Source: Sphingopyxis sp. (GTDB taxonomy: Bacteria > Pseudomonadota > Alphaproteobacteria > Sphingomonadales > Sphingomonadaceae). From it: DNA of 64,000 nucleotides. The notes under the pieces were generated by a model. It saw only the letters and a program-made list of their open reading frames with translations, ran no database searches and was not told the origin of the DNA. Position numbers and translations under genes: made by a program. The DNA lies in assembly GCF_051861155.1 (NCBI RefSeq), contig NZ_JBHYDE010000007.1, forward strand, positions 152,596-216,595, written 5' to 3'. Shown here in pieces: positions 38,641-47,800 of this stretch (position 1 is the stretch's first letter; each line of letters begins with the position of its first letter).

Positions 38641-40119
38641 ATGAGCAACAAGCAGAACGCGCTTTCGCGCCGCGAAGCGATGGCGATTGCCGCCGGGGGC
38701 GTGGCCGTCGCCGCCGCGTCGGCGGAGGCGGTGGCGGCGCCGGAGGGCGAGCGGATCGTCGATGTCATCATCGTCGGCGCGGGTTTCGCGGGCCTGACCG
38801 CGGCGCGCGAACTGCGGCTTGCGGGCAAGTCAGTGGTCGTCCTCGAAGCCGACGACCGCGTCGGCGGGCGCACCAAGGCCGCGACGCTGGCGGGCGAGAC
38901 GATCGACATCGGCGGCCAATGGGTCGGGCCGACGCAGACTCATTTGCTCCGTCTGGCGAAAATTTATGGCGTCGAGACCGTGCCCCAATATGCTGACGGC
39001 GAAAACATCATCGACATCGCCGGGCGCATGGCGCGCTACCGCGGCGAGACGCCGGGGCTGGCGGACGAGGATCTGGCGCAATTCGGCGCGGCGGTGGCGG
39101 CGCTCGACGCCATGGCGCAGCAGATCGCCATGCCGCGCCCCTGGCTCGCGAAGGCGGCGGCGGGCTGGGATGCACAGACCGTCGAGAGCTGGCTGCTCGC
39201 CAATGTCGCCGGCGAAGCGCCGCGGTCGCTGTTCAGGGCGCTCGTGCGCGGGGTTTTCTCGTGCGAAACGGGGGACTTCTCGTTCCTGTATTTCCTCGCC
39301 TATCTCGCCTCAGCGGGCGGGCTTGCGCCGCTGATCGCGACACGCGGCGGCGCGCAGGACAGCCTGTTCGTCGGCAGCGTGTGGCAGATCGCGGCAAAGA
39401 TGGCCGCCGAACTCGGCGCATCGGTCGTCGTCGATGCGCCGGTGACGCGGATCGAGCAGGATGCGACGGGCGCGACCGTGGTCACGGATCGCGGTCGCTG
39501 GCGCGCGGCGCGCGTCATCGTCACCGCGCCGCCCGCGCTCGCCGCGCGCATCGCCTATGTCCCGCCGCTTCCTGCGCAGCGCGATGGCCTGACCCAGCGC
39601 ATGCCGCTCGGCTGCGTGATCAAGGTCGCGCTGGCGTACGACCGGCCGTTCTGGCGCGAGCGGGGGCTGTCTGGGCTCGTGATCTCGGACAAGACCGAAT
39701 TTGGCCCCTGGTTCGATCGCGGCACGCCGCTGACCAGGGGCGGGGCGCTGGTCGGCTTTTTCGACGGCGCCCCCGCGCAGCGCTGGGCCGATCGCACCGC
39801 CGCCGAACGCCGCGCGTGCGTCCTCGACGATCTGGCGCACTATCTGGGCGACGATGCGCGCCGTCCCACCGGATATGTCGAGGAAGTCTGGACGCGTGCG
39901 CCCTTTCATCGCGGCGGCTATGTGTCGGTCGCGGGGCCGGGCGTCCTCACCGGCTTCGGCCCGGCGCTCCTCGAACCCGTCGGGCGCATCCATTGGGCAG
40001 GCACCGAAACCGCCGATGTCTGGGCCGGCTATATCGACGGCGCCGTGCGATCGGGCGAGCGCGCGGCGCGCGAAGTCGCGGCGACCATGCAATCGGTGAA
40101 GCGCGAAGCGGCCGCTTGA
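38641..40119 (+). CDS. Tat-exported flavin monoamine oxidase family protein
   Basis: SRREAM Tat motif; IIVGAGFAGL..A; RVGGR; GGQWVGPTQ; IHWAGTET...GYIDGAVRSGERAA. Confidence 0.9.
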   Translation: MSNKQNALSRREAMAIAAGGVAVAAASAEAVAAPEGERIVDVIIVGAGFAGLTAARELRLAGKSVVVLEADDRVGGRTKAATLAGETIDIGGQWVGPTQTHLLRLAKIYGVETVPQYADGENIIDIAGRMARYRGETPGLADEDLAQFGAAVAALDAMAQQIAMPRPWLAKAAAGWDAQTVESWLLANVAGEAPRSLFRALVRGVFSCETGDFSFLYFLAYLASAGGLAPLIATRGGAQDSLFVGSVWQIAAKMAAELGASVVVDAPVTRIEQDATGATVVTDRGRWRAARVIVTAPPALAARIAYVPPLPAQRDGLTQRMPLGCVIKVALAYDRPFWRERGLSGLVISDKTEFGPWFDRGTPLTRGGALVGFFDGAPAQRWADRTAAERRACVLDDLAHYLGDDARRPTGYVEEVWTRAPFHRGGYVSVAGPGVLTGFGPALLEPVGRIHWAGTETADVWAGYIDGAVRSGERAAREVAATMQSVKREAAA

Positions 40120-40251
40120 AGGCGCGGGCAGCGCCGCCGGGCGCATGCTCCCCGCTTCGCCTGCCCGAAATAGCGCGGGTGGCGGTCGAGTACCGCGCGG
40201 CGCCATAGCGCCAGATCGACCATCAATGCCGCCGCCGTGACAGCGACACCA

Positions 40252-41310
40252 TTATTGTCCCGGCGTCAGCTTGCCGCGCGCTTCGGCGATTGCGGTCACC
40301 AGTTGCGGTTCGGCGAAATGCGGCTGCGCGATTTCCATTACCGCGACGGCCTTTTCCAGCATCGCGCGGTCGGCGCCCGGCGTCTTGGCGCGGTAAAAGC
40401 CCCACATCGCGACCAGCGGGACGTCATATTGCGCCGGGTTTGCCGCCAGCTCTGCTCGCGCCTGCACCGCGTCTCCCGCCAGCACCCGGCCGATCAGCGC
40501 GATGCTGCGTTCTTCGGCCAATGTCTCGCGCGGCGCGACCTTGCGCCCCAGCGCGCGCACCACCGCTTCGGCGGTTGCGAATGTCGAATAGGGATTCTGT
40601 CCGGTCACGATGCGGCCGTCGGTGACGACATGGTTCAGCATCATCGGCGCTTCGCTGAACCGCGCCCCGGCGCCGCGCAGGCCGTCTTCGAGCAACACGG
40701 GGAAGGCGGCAATCCAGCCTTTGCCGAACAGCAATTCTTCCTCGTTCGAAAAGCCGGTGACCGCGCGCCCGGCGATCAGCGACCGGCCGTCCTTCATCGG
40801 CACGTTCATCAACGCCGCCGGCCCGTGGCAGACCGCGCTGATCACCCCGCCGGCGTCATAGGTCTGCGCCAGCAAGGCCTTGAGGTCGGTATCGACCGGC
40901 AGGTCGAACATCGCGCCCTTGCCGCCGACGACGAACACCGCGGCGTATTTCTGGTCGCGCACGCTGGCCAGCGTCAGCGTGGCCCCCAGCTTGCCGCTGG
41001 CAACCGGGTCGGCCGCAAACCGGCTGTTGAACGATTTTTTGGGGTCGAACCTGTCGGCAACGACCACGCCGCCCTTCGGGCTGGCGATGTCGACGGTCAG
41101 CCCATTGTCGGCGAACACCGCATAGGCCTGCGACAGCTCGTCCATCTCGAAGCCCGGGCGCGTCTTGCCGCCGTCGACGCCGTGGCCGCTGACGACGAGC
41201 AGCACGCGATCCGGCTTCGCGCCGCTATCGGCCTGCGCCTGTGCGGGAAGGGGGGCGATGATCGCCAAGCCCAACGCCCATGCGGCGGCGATGTTCGTTC
41301 GATTCTGCAT
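40252..41310 (-). CDS. Exported DJ-1/PfpI-family protein with a C-terminal extension
   Basis: Signal peptide ending AQA; FEMDE; SPKGG; GGKGAMFDL; nucleophile elbow SAVCHGP; VTGQNP. Confidence 0.85.
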   Translation of the reverse strand: MQNRTNIAAAWALGLAIIAPLPAQAQADSGAKPDRVLLVVSGHGVDGGKTRPGFEMDELSQAYAVFADNGLTVDIASPKGGVVVADRFDPKKSFNSRFAADPVASGKLGATLTLASVRDQKYAAVFVVGGKGAMFDLPVDTDLKALLAQTYDAGGVISAVCHGPAALMNVPMKDGRSLIAGRAVTGFSNEEELLFGKGWIAAFPVLLEDGLRGAGARFSEAPMMLNHVVTDGRIVTGQNPYSTFATAEAVVRALGRKVAPRETLAEERSIALIGRVLAGDAVQARAELAANPAQYDVPLVAMWGFYRAKTPGADRAMLEKAVAVMEIAQPHFAEPQLVTAIAEARGKLTPGQ

Positions 41311-41359
41311 TGTCCGGCTCCAAACCATTTCCTGATGGCGCGGGGTCTGGCACAGCGGG

Positions 41360-41400
41360 CGTCAGGCGGGCGTCAAAGCCGTTTTGACGTTATTTTGATG
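41360..41400. promoter_or_regulatory. Two oppositely oriented pairs of 11-bp-phased direct repeats (OmpR-type boxes)
   Basis: CGTCA at 41360 and 41371; TGACG at 41385 and TGATG at 41396; between divergent DJ-1 and response-regulator genes. Confidence 0.5.
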
Positions 41401-41454
41401 TTGCATCGCCAAGGATTTGCGGCGGAACAAGGCGCGCGTGGCAAAGGACATCGT

Positions 41455-42141
41455 TTGAACAAGGCGTTCGACATCCTGCTGGTCGAGGACAACGCCGATC
41501 TGGCGGGCAACGTCATCGACTATCTCGAGGCGCTGGGGCACCGGCTCCATTATGCCGCCGACGGCGAAGCGGGGCTGCGCGAGGCGCTGACGCGTTCGAT
41601 CGACGTCGTGCTGCTCGATCTAGCGCTGCCGCGCCGCGATGGCCTCAGCGTCTGCGCCGAGATTCGCCGCCGCAGCGATCAGCGCATCCCGATATTGATG
41701 CTCACCGCGCGCGATACCCTGGACGACAAGTTGGCGGGCTTTGCCAGCGGCGCCGACGACTATCTGGTCAAACCCTTTTCGCTCGCCGAACTCGCCGCGC
41801 GGATCACGGCGCTGGCGCAGCGGCCGCAGCTGGGTCAACCGCACAGCTTCGTCATCGGGCCGCTGACGATCGATCGGCAGCTGCGAAGCGCGACGCGCGC
41901 CGGGCAATCGCTCCGGCTGTCGCCGCTGCTCTGGGACATCCTGCTGCTGCTCGCCGAAGCGTCGCCGCAGCCGGTTGCGCGCGCCGAGATTGCGCGCCGA
42001 TTGTGGGGCGACGAGCCGCCGTCGTCGGATGCGCTGCGCAGCCACATCCACCTGCTGCGCCAGATCGTCGACAAACCGTTCGATCGGGCGATGATCGAAA
42101 CGGTGCACAGCGTCGGCTTTCGCCTGAGCCCGCCGCCATGA
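41455..42141 (+). CDS. OmpR-family response regulator
   Basis: ILLVEDN, LLDLALP, LTARD and GADDYLVKPF; winged-helix TVHSVGF; TTG start after AAAGGA. Confidence 0.92.
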   Translation: MNKAFDILLVEDNADLAGNVIDYLEALGHRLHYAADGEAGLREALTRSIDVVLLDLALPRRDGLSVCAEIRRRSDQRIPILMLTARDTLDDKLAGFASGADDYLVKPFSLAELAARITALAQRPQLGQPHSFVIGPLTIDRQLRSATRAGQSLRLSPLLWDILLLLAEASPQPVARAEIARRLWGDEPPSSDALRSHIHLLRQIVDKPFDRAMIETVHSVGFRLSPPP

Positions 42142-43430
42142 CGGCGCGGCGTTACAGTCTGCGCCGCCGCGTTATCGTGGCGCTGGTCGCCACCGTGCTG
42201 GCGACCAGCGCCGTGTTCGGCCTGACGACTTTCATTTTCGCCTACACACTCGAGGATCGCCTGTTCAGCACCGCTTTGGACAGCGAAATTGCGCGGCAGC
42301 AGCAAGGCTGGCGCCGGGATGGCCAGCTGCAGCCGCCCGAAGTCGCCTACATCAAAATCTATCCAGGCGCGGTCGGCTTGCCCGCCGACCTGGCAAAGCA
42401 GGTCGCGGCCAACCCTCAACAGCGCGAATTCTATGGCGCGGCGGGGCGACACTATCATATCGCGCATTTCGCACTCGACCGGCGCCGCGGTGCGCCGTCG
42501 GGGGGAACGCCAGCGGTCGCGGTGGCCGAGGTCAGCCGCTATCTGCTCGTTCGCCCGGTGCGCGACGGGATGATCCAGTTTCTCATCGGGCTCACCCTGT
42601 TCATCGCGCTGGTGATGGCGCTGCTCGGTTGGTGGCTTGCCAATCGCGCCATGCGCCCGCTCAGCCGGCTTGCCAGGGATGTCGCCAACGGCAGCGACGC
42701 GGTGCCCGTCGTGCGGGCCGAGGATTATCCGGCGAATGAAATCGGGGTGCTGGCGGGGGCGTTGGGGCAGGCGTTCCACCGCATCCGCGGCTTCGTCGAT
42801 CGCGAGCGCAGCTTCACCCGCGACGCCAGCCACGAATTGCGCACCCCGCTGGCGGTCATCAGCGGCGCCGCCGAGGTGATCGCGCTGCGCCGCGACCTGC
42901 CCGCGCCGGTTCCCGACGCGCTGCGCCGGATCGAGACCGCGACGCTCGACATGACGCAAACGCTCGACCTGCTGCTCGCACTCGCACGCGAGGGCGATGC
43001 GTTGCCCGCGCAGCCGGTTGCCTTGCGGCCCATGGTTGAAAAGGCGATCGCCGCAGCGGCGGTGCGTTTTCCTGCGAGCCGCCTCGCGATTGCGAACGAG
43101 ATTGCGGACGACGCCCATGTCCTGGCCGAACCGACGTCGCTGCAACTCGTCCTCAACAACCTGATCGGCAATGCGTTTCAGCACGCCGCCGCAGCGCATT
43201 TGCGCATCGATTTCAGCGCCGACCGCCTGACGCTCTGCGACGACGGCCCCGGCCTCGGCACCGTATCCGACCCGTTCGCGCCCTTCGTCAAAGGCGCGGC
43301 GAGCGGCGGCAGCGGGCTTGGCCTCGATATTGCGCGGCGGCTGTGCGCCGCGACGGGCGTCGCGTTGACCGGCGGGGCGGGCGCCGAAGGTCGGGGCACC
43401 TGCTTCACGCTAAAATTCGCCGATCGATAG
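42138..43430 (+). CDS. Sensor histidine kinase (HAMP)
   Basis: Two TMs; DASHELRTPL H-box; LIGNA, DDGPG and GSGLGL boxes; ATGA overlap with the regulator. Confidence 0.92.
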   Translation: MTARRYSLRRRVIVALVATVLATSAVFGLTTFIFAYTLEDRLFSTALDSEIARQQQGWRRDGQLQPPEVAYIKIYPGAVGLPADLAKQVAANPQQREFYGAAGRHYHIAHFALDRRRGAPSGGTPAVAVAEVSRYLLVRPVRDGMIQFLIGLTLFIALVMALLGWWLANRAMRPLSRLARDVANGSDAVPVVRAEDYPANEIGVLAGALGQAFHRIRGFVDRERSFTRDASHELRTPLAVISGAAEVIALRRDLPAPVPDALRRIETATLDMTQTLDLLLALAREGDALPAQPVALRPMVEKAIAAAAVRFPASRLAIANEIADDAHVLAEPTSLQLVLNNLIGNAFQHAAAAHLRIDFSADRLTLCDDGPGLGTVSDPFAPFVKGAASGGSGLGLDIARRLCAATGVALTGGAGAEGRGTCFTLKFADR

Positions 43431-43463
43431 AAAATCGCGCCGATATGGTCTAATCCGGCGGCC

Positions 43464-45740
43464 ATGGCCGACGCAAAACCACGGTACCGAACTTATACCA
43501 GCCCCGCCGGCGGCTGGGGCGCCGCCGCCGCAACCGCCAAGGTGCTGATGGAACAGAGCGTCGTGACCAAGGGATCGCGCGCGCTGCTAGCGATGAACCA
43601 GCCGGGCGGGTTCAAATGCCCCAGCTGCGCCTTTCCCGACGCGGCCTGCACCAAGAAGCTGGAATTTTGCGAAAATGGTGCCAAGGCGCTCGCGCATGAA
43701 GCGACGAAGTTTCGCGTCACGCGCGAATTCTTTGCGCAGCACAGCGTTTCCGAATTGATGGATCAGTCGGACTATTGGCTCGAGATGCAGGGACGGCTGA
43801 CCGAGCCGATGCGGTATGATGCTGCGACCGACCATTATGTGCCGGTCAGTTGGGACGATGCTTTCGCGCTGATTGGGCAGCATCTGCGCGCGCTCGACAG
43901 CCCGCACGGGGCCGAATTCTACACCTCGGGCCGCACCGCGAACGAGACGGCGTTCCTCTATTCGATCTTTGTTCGCGAATTCGGCACCAACAATTTCCCC
44001 GACTGTTCGAACATGTGCCACGAACCGACGAGCCGCGGCCTGCCGCCGTCGATCGGCATCGGCAAGGGCACGGTGGTGCTCGATGATTTCGAGCATGCCG
44101 AGGCAATTTTCCTGATCGGGCACAACGCCGGGACCAACGCGCCGCGCATGATGACCCCGCTGGTCGAGGCGCGCAAACGCGGGGTGCCGATCGTCGCGGT
44201 CAACCCGATGCCCGAACGCGCGCTGATCAAATTCACCGAACCGCAGGACATCGTCCAGATGGCGACCTTCGGCGCGACCGAGGTCACCAGCGAATTTGTC
44301 CATATCCGGATCGGCGGCGACCTGGCGCTGATCAAGGGCATGATGAAGGTGATGTTCGAACGCGACGCGGCGGGCGAGGCGGTGTTCGACCACGACTTCA
44401 TCGCCGCGCACACCGATGGCTTCGCGGCGCTTCAGGCCGACATCGCGGTGCAGGACTGGGCCGAAATCGCTGTCGCATCGGGGCTCGACGAGGCGCAGAT
44501 CCGGCGCTGCGCCGACATTTACATCGGCTCGAACGCGACGATCATCTGCTATGGCATGGGGGTGACCCAGCATCAGCAGGGATCGCAGCTGGTGCAACAG
44601 ATCGCCAATCTGTTGCTGCTCAAGGGCAATTTCGGCAAGCCGGGCGCCGGGATTTCGCCGATCCGCGGCCATTCCAATGTGCAGGGCGACCGTACCGTCG
44701 GGATCGATGAAAAGCCGAGCCAGGCCTACCTCGATAAAGTGCGCGAGGTCTTCGGGTTCGAACCGCCGCGCGGGCACGGCCATCACACGGTCGAATCGAT
44801 CGAGGCGATGCTGGACGGCCGTGCGAAGGTGTTCATCGGCCTTGGCGGCAATTTTGTGCGCGCGGTGCCCGATACCGACCGCGCCTATGCCGCGATGCGC
44901 CAGCTCGACCTGACCGTCGGCATCGCGACCAAGCTCAACCGCGGGCATCTGGTCCATGGCAAGGAGGCGCTGATCCTGCCCGTCGTCGCGCGCTCCGAAC
45001 GCATCGAGACCGCGAGGGGCGAACAGTTCGTCACCATCGAGGATTCGATGTCGAACGTCACCGCCTCGCGCGGGGTACTCGACCCGGCGAGCGAGCATCT
45101 GCTCCCCGAGACCGAGATCGTGTGCCGCATGGCGATGGCGACCTTGCCGGGCAGCAACGTCGACTGGGCGCGTTATATCGACGACTACAGCCTGATCCGC
45201 GACAAGATCGCCGCCGTCTATCCGGCGATCTACGAAGATTTTTCGGAGCGGATCAAGGCGCCAATGGGCTTCCATCTCGACATCCCGCCGCGGCGCCGCG
45301 CATGGGCGACCCCGAACGGCAAGGCCAATTTCCTGATCCTGCCGGGGCTTGCGGTGAACACGCCGGTCGCCGATCCGGCGATGCTGCGGCTCGCCACCGT
45401 GCGCTCGCACGACCAGTTCAACACGACGATCTACAGCTACAACGACCGTTATCGCGGCGTGTATAACGACCGCATGGTGCTGTTCATGAACGCCGACGAC
45501 ATCGCCGACCGCGGGCTGGCGGCGGGGGCAAAAGTCGCGCTCGAAACGATCAGCGACGACGGCGCGGTGCGGCGGGTCGAGGGACTGACGATCATTGACT
45601 ATCCGATGTCGCGCGGCTCGGTCGCGGGCTATTATCCCGAACTCAACCCGCTGCTGCCGCTTGGCCACTACGACAAGACCAGCGGCTGCCCGGCGGCCAA
45701 GGCGATCCCGGTGCGGGTCGCCCTGATGGCGGCGGCTTAA
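43464..45740 (+). CDS. FdhF/YdeP-family molybdopterin oxidoreductase
   Basis: GFKCPSCAFPD, EFCENGAKA, YTSGR, NFPDCSNMCHE, RGHSNVQGDRTVG and RSHDQFNTTIY. Confidence 0.93.
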   Translation: MADAKPRYRTYTSPAGGWGAAAATAKVLMEQSVVTKGSRALLAMNQPGGFKCPSCAFPDAACTKKLEFCENGAKALAHEATKFRVTREFFAQHSVSELMDQSDYWLEMQGRLTEPMRYDAATDHYVPVSWDDAFALIGQHLRALDSPHGAEFYTSGRTANETAFLYSIFVREFGTNNFPDCSNMCHEPTSRGLPPSIGIGKGTVVLDDFEHAEAIFLIGHNAGTNAPRMMTPLVEARKRGVPIVAVNPMPERALIKFTEPQDIVQMATFGATEVTSEFVHIRIGGDLALIKGMMKVMFERDAAGEAVFDHDFIAAHTDGFAALQADIAVQDWAEIAVASGLDEAQIRRCADIYIGSNATIICYGMGVTQHQQGSQLVQQIANLLLLKGNFGKPGAGISPIRGHSNVQGDRTVGIDEKPSQAYLDKVREVFGFEPPRGHGHHTVESIEAMLDGRAKVFIGLGGNFVRAVPDTDRAYAAMRQLDLTVGIATKLNRGHLVHGKEALILPVVARSERIETARGEQFVTIEDSMSNVTASRGVLDPASEHLLPETEIVCRMAMATLPGSNVDWARYIDDYSLIRDKIAAVYPAIYEDFSERIKAPMGFHLDIPPRRRAWATPNGKANFLILPGLAVNTPVADPAMLRLATVRSHDQFNTTIYSYNDRYRGVYNDRMVLFMNADDIADRGLAAGAKVALETISDDGAVRRVEGLTIIDYPMSRGSVAGYYPELNPLLPLGHYDKTSGCPAAKAIPVRVALMAAA

Positions 45741-46255
45741 CCTGGATCCTTCGCCAGCCGCGCCAGATCGTCGGCGCTGTTGATATTGGGCAGCGCAAAA
45801 TCGATCGCGACGCCGCGCGCGCCCACCCGCCGGGCAAAGGCGCGAACCGCATGGTCGGTCTCGCCGGTCAGCATCGCCTGCAAAGCGTCCAGCGCCGCGA
45901 TCGACCACAGGCCGACGACGGGCTGGCTCTCGACGAACGCCGATGCCGGTTCCAGCCGGGCGCGCAGGTCCGGCGGCAGCCGCACGCAATCGACGGGCGC
46001 GGTGAGCACTTGTCCGAACCCGTCCGCGACGGCGCGGCCCAGCGCGCCTGCGATGGCGCCCAGCGGCCCCATATCGGGGCGCGGCCAGTCGGCGATCCCT
46101 TCGGCGCGGCCGACGATCACCACCGCGTCGCAATGCGGACGCAGCGCCGCCAGCGCATGGTCGAGCAAGGTCTGGCCATCGAGCGTCGCCAGCGCCTTGT
46201 CCGATCCGAAGCGGCGCGATCGCCCGCCCGCCAGCACCGCGCCCAGCGTCCTCAT
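45737..46255 (-). CDS. mobA: Molybdenum cofactor guanylyltransferase
   Basis: VLAGGRSRRFGSDKA, GPLGAI, PVD and NINS; start trimmed to ATG 46255. Confidence 0.88.
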   Translation of the reverse strand: MRTLGAVLAGGRSRRFGSDKALATLDGQTLLDHALAALRPHCDAVVIVGRAEGIADWPRPDMGPLGAIAGALGRAVADGFGQVLTAPVDCVRLPPDLRARLEPASAFVESQPVVGLWSIAALDALQAMLTGETDHAVRAFARRVGARGVAIDFALPNINSADDLARLAKDPG

Positions 46256-47055
46256 GCGATCATCCCCCGCGCATCGCCGATGATCAGCGCCGCGTCGGTG
46301 CGCGCCAGCGCGACCAGCGTCAGCCCCGCCTGCGCCGCGCGCGTCGCCGCCAGGCTGGTCGGCGCTGAGACGGTGACGAGCATCGGACAGCCCGCGCGCA
46401 CCGTCTTTTCGACCAGCTCGTAACTGCACCGCGCCGACAGCAGGATAAAGCCGGTGGCGGGGTCGATCCCCGCGCGTGCCAACGCCCCGATCAGCTTGTC
46501 GAGCGCATTGTGCCGCCCGACATCCTCGCGCGCGCAGCGGATTGCGCCCGTCGGCGCACAAAAGGCCGCGGCATGGACCGCGCCGGTGGCCTGGCCCAGC
46601 GGCTGGTGGTCACGGAGCGCGGCCAGCGCCGCAGCGATCGCGGTGCGATCGGTCGCGATGCGCGCGGTCAGCGGCGGCAGCGGGCGCAAGACCTGTTCGA
46701 TATTCTCGATCCCGCACAGCCCGCAGCTGCTCTCGCTCACCCGCTGGCGTGCGCGCTCGATCGCGATCGCCTTGCGCTGCGGTGGCACCCAGATGCGCAG
46801 CGCCCAGCCGCCCTCGACCGGATGGACATCGACCCGGTCGACCTGATCGGGGGTTTCGACCAGCCCTTCGCTCAGCGCGAAGCCCAGCGCATAATCCTCC
46901 AGATCGCTGGGGGTCGCCATCATCACTGCATAGCCGATGCCGCCGACCTCGACCGACACCGGCGCTTCGATCGGCAGACTGCGGATCAGTGCGGCGTCGC
47001 CGGGGTCGGCCAAGCCCAGCCGCCGCACGGGAAGGTCGATCATCGCATCGTTCAT
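46252..47055 (-). CDS. fdhD: Formate dehydrogenase accessory sulfurtransferase
   Basis: MMATPSDLEDYALGF, SSCGLCG, TGAVHAAA, EDVGRHNALDK and SAPTSLA. Confidence 0.95.
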   Translation of the reverse strand: MNDAMIDLPVRRLGLADPGDAALIRSLPIEAPVSVEVGGIGYAVMMATPSDLEDYALGFALSEGLVETPDQVDRVDVHPVEGGWALRIWVPPQRKAIAIERARQRVSESSCGLCGIENIEQVLRPLPPLTARIATDRTAIAAALAALRDHQPLGQATGAVHAAAFCAPTGAIRCAREDVGRHNALDKLIGALARAGIDPATGFILLSARCSYELVEKTVRAGCPMLVTVSAPTSLAATRAAQAGLTLVALARTDAALIIGDARGMIA

Positions 47056-47137
47056 GGTCGCATCCTAGCGCATCGATCGCCGCTTGTCCCTGCCGGGACG
47101 ATTGCCATTTTTGGCGCGCGGCCTATCAATCGCGGCC

Positions 47138-47800
47138 ATGCAAACCGAAATCCTCGCCGTCCTGCTGGGCCAGGTCCGTCCCTTCCGCGGCGATGACGAA
47201 CCGAGCGCGATCGGCAAGCTGCCGGTGGCGCACGCAGTCGCGGTCGGGTCGATGGGCCTCGCGGGCGACGAACAGGCCGATCGCACCGTCCATGGCGGCA
47301 TCGACAAGGCGATCCACCATTATCCCGCCGATCATTATGCCTGGTGGCGCCAGCATCTGGGCGATGCGCCGCTGCTGGATGCACCCGGCGCGTTCGGCGA
47401 GAATATTTCAACGATCGGGCTCGACGAAAGCAATGTCTGTCTCGGCGATCGCTTCCGCCTCGGCACCGCGCTGGTCGAGGTCAGCCAGGCGCGGCAGCCG
47501 TGCTGGAAACTCGACCATCGCTTCCAGGCGAAGGGGGTGATGGCGACGGTGGTGAAGACGCGGCGGACCGGCTGGTATTACCGCGTCCTCGAACCCGGAC
47601 AGGTCCGCGCCGGCGACACGCTCGACCTCATCGATCGCCCGTGGCCCGACTGGCCGCTCGCGTCGCTGTTCGGCTTGCTGATCGGCGGCGAAGCCAAGCA
47701 CCGCCCGGCCGATCTCCGCGCCCTGCGCGACGTCCCGGTGCTCGCCGAAACATGGAAGGTGCGCCGCGCCAAACTCGCCGCGCAGTTCGGCGTCGATTAG
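47138..47800 (+). CDS. MOSC domain protein (YiiM-like)
   Basis: GDEQAD..VHGG.DKA, FGENIST, SQARQPCWKL and TGWYYRVLEPG. Confidence 0.9.
   Translation: MQTEILAVLLGQVRPFRGDDEPSAIGKLPVAHAVAVGSMGLAGDEQADRTVHGGIDKAIHHYPADHYAWWRQHLGDAPLLDAPGAFGENISTIGLDESNVCLGDRFRLGTALVEVSQARQPCWKLDHRFQAKGVMATVVKTRRTGWYYRVLEPGQVRAGDTLDLIDRPWPDWPLASLFGLLIGGEAKHRPADLRALRDVPVLAETWKVRRAKLAAQFGVD

Noticed and set aside
43464-45740. Selenocysteine recoding in the FdhF/YdeP gene
   Set aside because: The ORF is open throughout and the Mo-ligand position is Cys.
47797-47800. Overlapping stop codons of convergent genes (also 45737-45740)
   Set aside because: Common in compact GC-rich genomes; no sign of function.
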